A stretch of DNA of 64,000 nucleotides from Octopus sinensis (Eukaryota). Below the pieces are notes generated by a model. It searched no databases. It saw only the letters and a program-made list of their open reading frames with translations, and was not told the origin of the DNA. Positions within the stretch are counted from its first letter, which is position 1. Each line of letters begins with the position of its first letter. Below are positions 23,625-36,365 of this stretch, piece after piece. The position numbers were made by a program, and so were the translations under genes. The stretch is from NCBI RefSeq assembly GCF_006345805.1, contig NC_042998.1, positions 26,908,001 to 26,972,000 of the forward strand, written 5' to 3'.

Positions 23625-23761
23625 ATATATTATGGTAGGTAAACCGAGTAAACAATACCAAATATATATGTATAACTAATGTAGGATAAAAATATTTTCG
23701 GGAAAAAAATTTCATCAATGGCCAGCATATCAAAAAATACCTTTAAAGGTTAAATTTATAA

Positions 23762-23944
23762 ATAATTTACAATATAAGGGCAAAAGAGAAATTCTAATGC
23801 CAAATATGCCAAAAAAAAGACAAAAATTGTCAATTAACCATTATAATTTAAATTATAAATTATAATGGTTAATTGACAATTTTTGTCTTTTTTTCGGCAT
23901 ATTTGGCATTAGAATTTTTCTTTTGCCCTTATATTGTAAATTAT
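23762..23944. repeat. inverted repeat, ~89-bp arms, 5-nt spacer, 2 mismatches
   Basis: Arms compared base by base. Confidence 0.95.
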
Positions 23945-23973
23945 ATATATATATATTATGCAGATACATAGAT

Positions 23974-23995
<22 letters not shown>

Positions 23996-24005
<10 letters not shown>

Positions 24006-24173
24006 TATTAGAGACAAAACCACTATTTTGCAAAACAAACAAGGAAAGACTTAATCAATACATAAAATTTTAATAAATAGTCAATTGACTATTTATTAAA
24101 ATTTTATGTATTGATTAAGTCTTTCCTTGTTTGTTTTGCAAAATAGTGGTTTTGTCTCTAATAATATTTTATA
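23996..24173. repeat. perfect 178-bp palindrome, no spacer
   Basis: Centre gtcaa|ttgac between 24084 and 24085; arms identical. Confidence 0.97.
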
Positions 24174-24295
24174 ATATTTTACTATAAAATTGGATTTAAT
24201 CCTAAATCTGATTTTTTCCCTGTAAATTTGGATTTATTCCCTAATATTTATTATTTATATATATATATAATATATATATATATGTGGTGTGTGTG

Positions 24296-24329
<34 letters not shown>

Positions 24330-25454
24330 TTATACATATATATAGATATTATACATATATATTTACACACATATATATATATCTCCACACACATACAGCA
24401 AAGACATAAAATCATTTCTATTTTAACGATAAAAAAAAATATGGTTCAATTTGTTTTTTTTTTCTTTTGCAGACCCATAGGATGAATACAACGATTACAA
24501 TGGAGTGTGTAGCATTGGTTATCTTTTGAATCCATGGGAAAAAAGTACAATGAAATGAGAAATATGTTTGAGAGGAAATTCAGTAAAGCAGGACTAACAG
24601 ATAAGTCATTGTGTGTAAAGCAGAAAACAAATCTAAATGAACTGTGTCTGTACATGACGAAAGGAGAAGTAGATGTCCAAGTATATCAGATTGTAATATG
24701 AATTCCATAAATTCTATCATTAAAGAAAATCCATATATACGCTTCATTGCATGGTAGCATGTAATCTCTATTTCCCAAAGACATTCTTTTACTTGTCTCA
24801 CTCATTGGACAGTGGCCATGTTGGGGCATGTCTGTGACAGTTAAGGGTCGTATCTATGCTAGTGCCATATAAAAAACACCTGTAGTGGTGCCATGTTAAA
24901 GTACTGGTGCAGGTGCTCTGTAAAATCACCAAGTACATTCTGTAAAGTGGTTGGTGTTAGGAATGGCACCCAGCTGTAGAAATCATGTCAAAACAGACAA
25001 TTGGAGCCTGGTGCAGCTCTCTGGCTTGTCAGCTCTTGTCAGACCAGCTTTACATTCTGAGTTCAAATTCTGGTGAGGCCAACTTTGCTGTTTATCTTTT
25101 CAGGGTCGATAGAGAACATTATCAATTGAGCATGTAACTAACTTCCCCTCCCCTCAAAATTGCTGGCCTTGTGCCAGCATGGAAAATGGAAATTAACTAA
25201 TGATGAGGAGGAAGAGGATGCTACAAAAAAGAGCTACCATTTACAGATGTTATATGATTCCTGAGATAATTAATACTACATGACCTTCTGAATGTCTCCT
25301 AAACATGTACAAGAAAATGGAAAATAAAACATAAATTGGGCCATTTATGTAACTTTTATGTTCATCCTGTACAAGCATTTTTCTGTTTTTCCTGTTTCTG
25401 ATGAACTGCTATGCTTGAAACATAAAGCAACAACTCTCGTGTTTCACCGAGTGT

Positions 25455-25865
25455 CATCTATAACAAATCATAATTGTTCAGAAACTAATATCAAAACTAT
25501 ATCTATAGCAGTAAGAATTGTTAGCACTCCAAGGAAAATGTCAAGTGGCATTTCATCCGACTTCATGTTCTAAGCTCAAATTCCGCCAAGAACAACTTTG
25601 CCTTTTATTCTTTCAGGGTTGATAAAATAACAATGGAGTTGATGTGATCAGCTTACCCCTCCCTCTAAATTGCTGGCCTTGTGCCAAACTTTTGAAATCA
25701 AGATTAAAACTATATGTATCTGCATATTAAGTGGTGCACAGCAGATAATTTTCTCCAAAACGTCAAAGCAATTGTACAAATCATGCTGAAAAAACATTAT
25801 ATTTGCTTGTGCCATGTCCTCACATTTGTTTGTTTTTTTTCTTCTCTTTTTTCCTCTGTGTTTTG

Positions 25866-25907
<42 letters not shown>

Positions 25908-27377
25908 CAGAGAAAGAAAGGAAATGTGATTTGGTAAAAATTGAATCAAAATATTCCCGGAACAATTTAATTCTATAAATAACTACCTTTTTACACAAGT
26001 TACACGAATTGTTGTTGAGTTAGTGAGAAATAAATCTACATCCTGGATGAGGTACTAGTTATGCACAAGTAACTTTCACGTAAGGGTCTGACACCTATTT
26101 GTCCATCTACATAAATATACCAATGGCTGTGTCTGTATGACTCAAACTGTTAGAACGTAAGTCAAATCTCCTGCAAATTACAGCTCACAATGAAGGCTGT
26201 GGCTAGCAGAACCATCTGTAGCATTCTATCCATCTTTATATATCCTGAGTTCAAATTACATCTTAAGGTCTTAAAAAAAAAAGTGGCAGAGGACACAGAT
26301 ATTCCAGTAAAAGATACCACCCTACACAAACACACACACACATACAGAGAAAAAGACAAGATGGTTACAGCTGGAAGGCTTTTGATCACAAGCCTACTTG
26401 ATCAAGGTTGACTGGAGACTAAACAACAACCACCACAACTATTGCAGCAATAAATTAAGTAGTAGTAGTAGTAGTAGAAGCAGCAGCAGCAGTAGTAAAT
26501 CTTATCAACACTGTGTGTTTGAATTGATTTAAGAGAATTAAGAAGCTTAGTAACACGAAACAATTTCAGTGAAAAAAAAAGCATTTGATAGAAAAACAGA
26601 CATGATTTGATATTAAAACAATCCAAGAACAATTATCTTTAGAAGATCTTGTCAATTTAGAGTAACAAAGAGAAAAAAAAATGCTGAAATGCTCTCTCAA
26701 GAAATATGTCAGTGAGAAGGAAAGTAAAATAAATAAATGTAAATGAAACGTTATCAGTTACAAGAGAACTCATACTGTGTTACAATTGTAATTAAATCGT
26801 TGGTTGGTGCATTAACGAATTTCTGTGCTAAAATATAGCACATGTAGTTTCACAAATTATTGAAGACATACTAGTAAATTAATTTACAAATGATTGACAT
26901 GGTAATATTTGAGAAATTATCATAGGTTTAACGAAAGGCTTTAGCTATTTTGGTTAAGATAAAAATGAAAAAACAAAAAAAAATCAAGTCATCGCGGAAA
27001 ACAAGAATTTTGCTGTGAACAATCTACATCTATAACAAATCATAATTGTTCAGAAACTAATATCAAAACTATATCTATAGCAGTAAGAATTGTTAGCACT
27101 CCAAGGAAAATGTCAAGTGGCATTTCATCCGACTTCATGTTCTGAGCTCAAATTCCGCCAAGAACAACTTTGCCTTTTATTCTTTCAGGGTTGATAAAAT
27201 AACAATGGAGTTGATGTGATCAGCTTACCCCTCCCTCTAAATTGCTGGCCTTGTGCCAAACTTTTGAAAACAAGATTAAAACTATATGTATCTGCATATT
27301 AAGTGGTGCACAGCAGATAATTTTCTCCAAAACGTCGAAGCAATTGTACAAATCATGCTGAAAAAACATTATATTTG
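25455..27377. repeat. 351-bp near-identical direct repeat pair (25455-25805, 27027-27377)
   Basis: About 3 differences; each copy includes an old SINE A plus unique flanks. Confidence 0.92.
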
Positions 27378-28112
27378 ACAATAACTTTTTGCTTTAATCA
27401 TATTTTAAATTTAATCACTCATAAACACTGTACTTTGTATGATATAGAAGTACAGATGGTGAAATGAAAATTATATCAATGCTCAAAACAAAAACAAAAA
27501 CAAAAAAAAAGAAGTTTGTAGCTTCATAATTGCTAGGATAAATCTACAATAACAAAGTTATTCAACTAAACAGAAACAGATAATAAACAAAATGATAATA
27601 AATTAATTTAACATAATAACTGGCTTTTAAAGAAACAAAGTTATGAATATTTCAAAATTAAGTTCCCATGCCCAAACAAAAGCTATGAAAAGAGTATTTT
27701 ATAAACTTGCACGTTTACCAGTGTTTTCCTATCACAAAAGCATAAAAAAGTTAATCTATACATTTAATCTTATTCAAGCTAAAAAAATAATGAATGTTGA
27801 TTATATTATTTTAACAAAAGGTATGAATTCATAATCAGAGATTGTGAACTTATTTATAGTTATGCTTATGCTAAGTGTTGTAGCTAGTACAACCAGTTTG
27901 CGTGAAATTTTGTTTCAATACAGAAATGGTTTAGTTTCAGGAAATAATAACCAAATTTACAAACAGGAATCCATTTAAAATTGATTAAAAATGAATCAAT
28001 CAGAATTAAAATTTCCCTCAGTAAATAAAGTCATTATCAATCATCTATTTAAATGCCATTTTCCAGCAAATCAAGACAGAGGTAGTAGACATATCTCTTA
28101 AAATTGCTAGAT

Positions 28113-28298
28113 TACTGTGAGGGGATGCTAAAAAGTTCCTGGCTTTAAGGGCATCATAAAAGGCCTAGCTGGGGACCCAACCTTCTGAGTTCTTTTAAGG
28201 GATTAGAAAAACTGATGGACTGCTGCAATAAATGTGTGAATCTCAGAAGGGAATATGATGAATAAAATCATAATTAACTGATCCTTCTGTATTATTTA
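28113..28298. mobile_element. mariner-derived MITE, truncated
   Basis: Reverse-orientation relative of 5118-5333. Confidence 0.65.
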
Positions 28299-28300
28299 TA

Positions 28301-28863
28301 CTGGGTCGTCTGGAAAGTTTGTGCCAATTTTTAAAGGAAAGAAAAAGGTCAATAAATACTTGCCATTACATTCTTAATCAACCAAATATGAACCATTTTG
28401 TTGCACAATGCGTCTCCATATTTCCTTTAACTTGAAAATACCCTCTTCCCAGAATTGAGGTGGTTTCATCGCAAAGAATTCATCAAGGTATCTTTTTACG
28501 TCATCCAAGCAATTCAAATTTTTACCATTAAGACTATTCTGCAGAGACCTGAATAAGTAGAAATCCTAAGGAGCAATATCTGGTGAATATGGAGAGTGGG
28601 GTAACACATCCCAGCCGAGCTGCAGCAATTTTTGTCTGGTTCCCAAAGCATCAAGTGCCAAAAATGAACTTTCTTATCCATTTTAAAGGGTTACAGAATT
28701 AACACAGGTTATAGGAACATAAACCTTCTTACACAAAAAGTTAGCTTAAACTGTGCTCTAAATGGAGGTGTAGTCAAATCCTATTTTATGGACTCAACCA
28801 TGTTCTAAAATAAGTCGAAAGGTAAGCTACTATAAATCGGCACAAACTTTCCAGACAACCCAA
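28301..28863 (-). mobile_element. internally deleted mariner (DD34D)
   Basis: TA flanks; TIR (C/T)TGGGT(C/T)GTCTGGAAAGTTTGTGCC; C-terminal LGWDVLPHSPYSPDIAP*DFYLFRSLQNS...QQNGSYLVD*. Confidence 0.88.
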
Positions 28864-29219
28864 TAATAATACAAATGTCAACCATTTTTTTATCTATGGA
28901 CCCCTTTTATACCTATTTTACTCAAGTGGACTCTCATAGCCATTTGATGTTTGAAAAATTAAATATTATTAGAAATTTTATTTAAAAAATGTTTAATATT
29001 TTGTGCATTGTAGACATACAACTAGTTTATTGCACATAAGTTTTAACTGCAAAATCTTATATAGACCCCTAAACAGAAGTAAAGCAAGACATTAGAAAGT
29101 GATACAAATAAGAATGAATGTGGTTTTACAGACTTGGAAATATACAAGGGAATGCTGGAAAGTTCCTAACTTTAAGGGTATTGTGAAAGTTTCTTCACAG
29201 AAGTGCTGTCCATCTAAGG

Positions 29220-29457
29220 CAGGGGTGGGCAAACTTTTTTGATTGCGGGCCGCACAGTGCGTCTTTGGAATCTTGGCAGGCCTCATTTATAAAAATCAAG
29301 TGAAAATATTGTGAATTACCGTACAGTTACGAAGTATCTGCATAGAAGTTGGGATTCATAAAAGCTCTCGGCGGGCCGCATGAAAACCTATGGCGGGCCG
29401 CATGAAAACCTATGGCGGGCCGCATGCGGCCCGCGGGCCGTAGTTTGCCCACCCCTG
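29220..29457. mobile_element. hAT (Charlie-like) MITE
   Basis: TIR CAGGGGTGGGCAAACT; perfect 8-bp TSD atctaagg (29212-29219, 29458-29465); internal 22-bp tandem repeat. Confidence 0.93.
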
Positions 29458-29747
29458 ATCTAAGGGAATCCTGTATTGATAAGCATTTATAGACAACTCT
29501 TCTGCTCTTCAGAGATATACAATTTAAATTTTGTATAATATGTTGAATGGTAGTTTTTTGGAAAATTTGAAGTAATACTATAAAATGGTGTTTGTTTGAA
29601 ATATAAATTAAAAATTAAAAATTACTGCTTTTGATTTTGGTAAGTACACTTTAGTATGAGAGTCTTTAAATCCATAAATACTTCTTTGGTTAGTCTTCTG
29701 TAATAATCCATAATAGCTATGTGTAAAATCCACAAGACAATATAATA

Positions 29748-30200
29748 CATGCAAGGGGGAACTAAAAAGTTCCTGGTTTTAAGGGTGTCATAATCTTCTA
29801 AGTTCTTTCACAGGGTATAGAAACAGTGAAGGATGCTGCTATAAGTGTGAATCTGAAAAGGGAATATCATCATTATCATCATCATCATTGTCGTCGTTTA
29901 ACATCCACTTTCCATGCTAGCATGGGTTGGATGATTTGACTGAGGTCTGGCGAACCAGATGGCTGCACCAGGCTCCATTTTGATCTGGCAGAGTTTCTAC
30001 AGTTGGATGCCCTTTCTAACGCCAACCACTTCAAGAGTGTAGTGGGTGCTTTTACGTGCCACCGGCACGAGGGCCAGTCAGACGGTACTGGCAACGGCCA
30101 CGCTCAAATGGTGCTTTTTGAATGTGTTGAATAAAATCACAACTGATTGGCCTCTATTTTCTCTGACCCAAAGCTAGGAACATGTCAGCACCCCCTCATA
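29748..30200. mobile_element. mariner MITE interrupted by an RTE 3' tail (29868-30119, minus)
   Basis: MITE halves are colinear across the insert; flanks gaatat / gaatgt. Confidence 0.7.
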
Positions 30201-30769
30201 CATATTTAAGAAAGAAGGAAGTATTCTGTACTTAAATCAGTTTGTAACTTATTTTCCTATTGTAGTCATAAATTTGAGAATAATGTTCAGAATTAATTAA
30301 TCAAATTAATTAATTAATAAAGATTTACAAAGATTGCATACCGCACAAAATATTGTTCTTACTGTTCTATTATGAGTAACTGGTTACTAAGAACAGGTGC
30401 TCACATCAGAAACAGCTGCTTGCTTTTCATTCGGAGTACATGAAGTACATTCTTATGCACCTAGGGAATCTTCAAGAATACCGATTCACAATCACTAACT
30501 TATAATTGTTGTAAAGATAGAAACATTTAAACACAATAAAGTAAAATAAAGGAAAATAAAATTGATAGAGATTAATATCTATGACTTGAAAGTTCCATCA
30601 TTGAGAAGAGATTGAAAAAGGATGTTTTCAAGCTTGAAATACCGGCTATTGAATTTTAATGCAAAAGTCATTAGCACAGAACACACTAATTATGAAGTGT
30701 GTTTGAAAAAGGAAGTATATGTAAGATTATGTGAATAACATTCTTGATATACAGTGCATTAAATGTATT

Positions 30770-31260
30770 AAATGTGTGTGTGGTGTGTGTGTGCGTTTGT
30801 GCATGCATGTGTGTGTGTTTGTGCATGCATGTGTGTGTGTGTGTGTGTATGTAAGTGTGTATATGTGTGTGTGTGTATGTAAGTGTGTATATGTGTGTGT
30901 GAGTGTGCATATGTGTGTGTTTGTGCATGAATGTGTGTGTGCATGCATGTGCGTGTATGCTTGAATGTGTATGCATGTGTGTGCATGTATGTTTGTGAGT
31001 GAATGTGTGTGTGCATATGTGTATGTGTTTGTGAGTGTGTGCATGTGAGACAGAGAATGTGTGTGTGAGTGTGTGTGCATGTGTGTTTGTGAGTGTGGTG
31101 TGTGTGTGTGTGTGTGTGTGCATGAGTATGTGTGGGTGGGTGTGCATATGTGTGTGTGTGTGTGTGTGCATGAGTATGTGTGGGTGGGTGTGCATATGTG
31201 TGTGTGTGGGACAGAGAATGTATGTGTGTATGTGTGTGTATGTATGTGTGAATGAGCACA
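30770..31260. repeat. compound (TG)n/(TGCA) microsatellite
   Basis: Read directly; source of the HT/CV ORFs. Confidence 0.95.
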
Positions 31261-31732
31261 TGTTAAAAATACTGAATGAGTGCAAATGGATTGTGAGTGG
31301 GTGCTTGCATCTGTTTGCTTTTATAATATGCACAAAGAATTTAAACTAACTTTATTCCTGCTATTTTAAGTGTTATTAGAACAACCTATTTCCCTGTTAT
31401 TATCAATATGGTGACCTTTTACCACTTAGTATTTTTAAATGTCAATTAAAAAAGATTAAGGTACAATTTCTATGAAGTATAAAAATGTTTGACAGTAGAC
31501 TTTTTTCTTTTATTCTCTTCATTATTTTTTAAATATTTTTTTCATTCATTTTTTGTGGGGGTATTATTATTCTAAATACATGTCACACCTGTTTGATAAC
31601 TATTTTAACATTTTTTTCCTTTTTTTTTTTGTGCTTAAATCAACATTCTTTTCTTTACCTTTGTGAAAAATAACAACCCACATGAAATGTATCAGTAGAA
31701 AATAATTTGTTTTCAATATCTTTCAAATCCTA

Positions 31733-32340
31733 GGGTGGCGAGCTGGCAGAACTGTTAGCATGCTGGGCAAAAATGCTTAGCGGCATTTTGTCTGTTTTTA
31801 CGTTCTGAGTTCAAATACTGCCAAGGTCAACTTTGCCTTTCATCCTTTCAGGGTCAATTAAATAAGTACCAGTTATGCACTGGAGTCGATGTAATCAACT
31901 TAATCCCTTTGTTTGTCCCTCTATGTTTAGCCCCCTGTGGGCAATAAAGAAATAAATATTTTCAAATCCTAAGGTAGTGAGCTGGCAGAAACCTTAGCAT
32001 GCCAGGTGAAATGCTTAGTGCTATTTTGTCTGTCTTTACGTTCTGAGTTCAAATTCTGCTGACATCGACTTTCGTCCTTTCGGGGTCAATAAATTAAGTA
32101 CCAGTTGCATACTGGTGTCGATCTAATTGACTGGCCCCACCTCCCCCAAAATTTCAGGCATTGTGTCTAGAGAAGAAAAGAATATTTTTAATCCTTATAA
32201 GGTGGGGAGCTGGCAGAGTCCTCTGCCTGTCATCCCTTTTGGGGGGTCGAGAAAATAAATACTAGCAGAATACTGGGGTCAATGTAATCGACTTATCCTT
32301 GCCCCTGAAATTGCTGGCTTCATGCCAACATTTGGAATCA
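31733..32340 (+). mobile_element. three head-to-tail SINE family A copies
   Basis: Heads at ~31733, ~31971 and ~32198; three different tails; shared spacer aatattttcaaatcct. Confidence 0.85.
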
Positions 32341-32354
32341 ATATTTTCTAATCT

Positions 32355-32760
32355 TTCCTTTTATCTTTTACTTGTTTCAATCATTTGACTGTGGCCATGC
32401 TTGGGCACCGCCTTGAAAAGTTTTAGGTGAACAAATTGACCCCAGGACTTGGGGCTTATGTTTTTAAACCCTAGTACTTATTCTATCAGTTTCTTTGGCC
32501 AAACCACTAAGTTACAGGGATGTAAACACACCAACACCAGTTCTCAATCAATGGTGGAGGACAAACACAAGCACAAAGACACACATACATAGATATATAC
32601 ATATATACAACAGGTTTCTTTCAGTTTCCGTCTACCAAATCCACTCACAAAGCTTTGGTCAGCCCAAGACTACAGTAGAAGACACTTGCCTAAGGTGCCA
32701 CACAGTGGGACTGAACCCAAAACTATGTGTTTGGGAAGCAAGCTTCCTACCACACAGCCC
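32355..32760 (-). mobile_element. SINE family B
   Basis: Reverse complement of the family B sequence. Confidence 0.85.
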
Positions 32761-34014
32761 ACTTCACAATCTCTTCATCTCTTTGCCAGCAATCTATAAC
32801 ACTTTTTGTTCAGCTAGATTTCTATTCTTAAACAGAATAAGTTTGTATAATATGTTATTAGAATAATTTTGGTACCAACCTGGCTGAAGCCACCCCAGGT
32901 CCCATGAAACAAACCTCTGGTTTCAAAACAATCAAAGTTAAAATCATCTACCAAAATTTCAGATTAATCTATGTTTTAATAAGTTAAAATGTTCCACCAA
33001 AATTTCAGGTTAATCTGTATTCTAAACACCAGTATTTAAACTGGCCATATACAGTCCAAACATTCTACATATTTTACATTCAAACTGACCATATCTAGCT
33101 TCTCACACCTAACCTACATTGACATTCTAAAAATAAACAATCACATCATTGAAATCTCAAAGCTATAAGATAACGCATGATTAATTCAAAATAATTTGAG
33201 TGAAAAAGCATTACAATTAACAGAGTTATCTGAACATTAAAAGGTAGTGACAGTTATTTGTGTCAAATTTTCATTATTTTAAAAATTGATTGAAACAAAG
33301 TTGGTATATTACAATAGAAATATGGTAACGAAACGACTAATGTTATTAGAATATGTTTGTACTTAACGTTCTAATCAAAAGTTTGAGTAAATAGTTATCA
33401 CCAGTCATTAAAAATTCTTGACTTGTATATTTTTAAGACATAAAAGATTAAAAACAAAACACAATAAATATCCACAGTTCAAGAGTGCCTAGTCTACAAG
33501 ATGCCAGGGTTAAAAAAAAATATATCTTAAATAAAAAAAAAAACTAACCACACTATAGAATGTGATATCATTGTAATCAGCTTGGGTCTAAAGTCTTCTG
33601 AAAATATCCATTTATATATATTAGTAGTTCTAGGTTCATTAATTCATAAATAAATATAATACATGAATAAACACATTAATTTTTTTTTTCTTTAGAGTCA
33701 ATGAATTCATCTGAAATAAAAAGATTGCTTTGTTCGTTATTTCAATAAATCTAGTATATTATTCAAAGACTTTATAATAGCATCCAGTATACTGACAGAG
33801 TGATTATCATACATAAGAAAACAAAGTAACCAGTAAGCAATTTAAAATTTTTAACATCATTTTAAATAGCATTCAGTCATTATTCCTGGTGGTACTCTGA
33901 AGTCTTTAAATAGAATGTAATAAAATAAAGCGAAAGATATTGAAATTTAGAAAAGAAAATTTCCTATATACTGTATAATGTGTATGTGGTTATCTGCTGT
34001 ATATATATATATAT

Positions 34015-34100
34015 ACAGCGAGCATCAAGCTAATATAACTGCTTGTTATTTATACACCTGTCTTCATCTTTTGTTTTTCTATAAATTTCAACTATATATA

Positions 34101-34153
<53 letters not shown>

Positions 34154-34231
34154 CATACATACAGCGTCAAGCTAATACACCTGTTTGTTGTTCATACACC
34201 TGTCTTCATCTTTTGTTTTTCTATAAATTTC

Positions 34232-34272
<41 letters not shown>

Positions 34273-34390
34273 CATACATACATACATACATAATACATAC
34301 ATACATACAGCGTCAAGCTAATACACCTGTTTGTTGTTCATACACCTGTCTTCATCTTTTGTTTTTCTACAAATTTTAACTATATATATA
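34015..34390 (+). repeat. three tandem copies of a Penelope-like terminal segment separated by (TA)n/(CATA)n
   Basis: Unit cagcgtcaagctaatacacctgtttgttgttcatacacctgtcttcatc...; matches the minus strand of 5441-5500. Confidence 0.85.
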
Positions 34391-35674
34391 CGAGGGGCGT
34401 TCAATAAGTAATGCCCCTGACCCACTTCCCATAGCAGTAGAGCAACGAAACTTGGAACAGTTATTAGTCTTTTTCTACATAGGAACCACCCAGAGTTACG
34501 CATTTCTCCCATCGTTTGTTGCAGCTCTGAAGACCGTTTTTGTAGAAGACCCCAGCTTGGTCCTCCAACCACGACGTGACTTCAGAAATCAAGGCTGCAT
34601 CATCTGGGAAACGCTTTCCTTTCAAAAACAACTTCATGGCTGGGAAGAGGTGAAAATCAGAGGGTGCAAGGTCAGGAGAGTAGGGGGATGGGGGATGAGT
34701 TCATAGCCGCACGCCTGTGCTTCTGATCTGGCAACACGCGAGTTGTGGATCGGAGCGTTGTCCTGCAGGAGGAGGATGCCTTTGCTGATCTTGCCCCGCC
34801 TCTTGATTTTGATAGCTTCTCTTAATTTCCTCAAAAGTGAAGCATAATAGACTCCTGTAATTGTGGCACCCTTTGCCAGGAAATCTGTCTTCACTACTCC
34901 GTCCTGGTCCCAGAAGACTGTAAGCATGACCTTGCCAGCGGAGGGCTGCACCCTTGCCTTCTTTGGAGGAGGTGAGTCACGGTGCTTCCACTGCATTGAC
35001 TGGGCTTTGGTCTCTGGATCATAGTGATGGACCCAGGTTTTATCCTATGCCATCAGTATTTTGAAAAATTTTGACTCATCTTCTTGGCACATCTCCAAAT
35101 TCATCCTCGAGCAATCGAAGCGTTCTTGCTTCTGGAAAGGTGTGAGCAACCTGGGAATCCATCTGGCAGACACCTTTTGCATATGCAAATGGTCATGAAT
35201 GATAGTTTCCACAGACCCAGTACTAATCTTGACCTCATGAGCTATTTGGCGAATAGTTATGCGTCGATCTTTCAAAATGGCAGCCTCAACTTGACAGACA
35301 GATGCCTCATCAATGGCAGAAGGGGGCGACCAGATCTGGGAGCTGTTTCCACAGAGTTCCGACCATCTTTGAATTCACGATGCCAGCGTTTTACAAGGTC
35401 ATATGATGGGGCATCATCACCATAAGTTACTTTCATTTCATCAAAAGTCTCCCGTGGTGTGCGTCCTTTCAAATACAAAAACCGGATCACTGCTCAACAT
35501 GCTCCATTTCACACTTGACTCAGTTCAAACACCTGTAAATCGGAAACCACAATTAGTTCAGAGCTGTAATTTGCCACTTAATCTATAGAGATATAAATAA
35601 TTGCACATACAAAATTTCAGCTAGATCAAATAACTACAAGTGGGTCAGGAGCATTACTTATTGAACGCCCCTCG
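34391..35674 (-). mobile_element. full-length mariner transposon (1284 bp)
   Basis: ~37-bp TIRs CGAGGGGCGTTCAATAAGTAATGC(C/T)CCTGACCCACTT with one mismatch; TA TSD within TA runs. Confidence 0.97.
34464..35507 (-). pseudogene. DD34D mariner transposase, disrupted
   Basis: HTH region, WIPRLL, *DKTWVHHYDPETK, QDNAPIH, YSPDLAPSDFHLF; three frameshifts and one TAG. Confidence 0.95.
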
Positions 35675-35694
35675 TATATATATATATATATATA

Positions 35695-36169
35695 TGAGAA
35701 AATAGAGAAGGAATTAATAAATTATTATTTATTAATTAAAAAACTGACAAACATCCCTTACAGCCGTTTCAATTCCAGACCTTCAGAAAATTAATTAATT
35801 AAATTAAAAATTATTTGAAAGTTGAATCTCTTCAGAGGTAGTTTAAGATATACAACATAGGTGTTCAATTCCTGCATGGTGAGTAAACAGCTGCAAAGTT
35901 TCTGAAAATAGCTATCACCAGAGTCATTAAAAATTCTTGCTTTGCATATTTTTAAGAATAAAAGATTAAAAAGGAAACGCAATATAAATATCTACAATAC
36001 ACGAGTGCCTAGTTTGTAAGATGCCCTCTGAAGAGATTCAACTCTCAAATAATTTTTAATTCAATTAATTAATTTCCTTGAGGCCTGAAATTGAAACAGC
36101 TGAAAGAGATGTTTGTCAATTTTTTAATTAATAAATAATAATTTATTAATTACCTCTCTATTTTCTCAT
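35695..36169. mobile_element. Penelope-like element with inverted ~145-bp termini, each carrying a hammerhead motif
   Basis: 35695-35838 matches the reverse complement of 36025-36169; the spacer is also seen at ~33390-33500. Confidence 0.7.
35755..35838 (-). ncRNA. type I hammerhead, near-intact
   Basis: ccu-CUGAAGA-gauuca...uggaauu-GAAAC-ggcu-GUA-agg; G10.1.U11.1 wobble, 3-bp stem I, self-complementary stem III. Confidence 0.55.
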
Positions 36170-36365
36170 CTTATTATAATAAATAAATATATATAAACCA
36201 CAGTTTATATAGTTACCTGGCAGTTGAGTATTAACTATAATGTTCGACATTCTTTAAGTAACTAACCAGCACTTTCATAGGATTTTGCTATCCCTAAATG
36301 AGGTTTTGTAAGCTTTACTTATGCTTGAGTGTATGTGTGGTGTGTGTATATATATATGTGTGTGT

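Larger units (their letters stand above)
23230..24240. mobile_element. AT-rich Penelope-like remnant(s) with degenerate hammerhead (23281-23384, minus)
   Basis: CUGGUGA...GAAAC-aauu-GUA with palindromic ACAAUUGU; contains two fold-backs. Confidence 0.4.

Noticed and set aside
24471-24712. Strong acceptor ttttgcag followed by coding-like sequence
   Set aside because: All three frames hit stops within 20 codons; nothing recognised.
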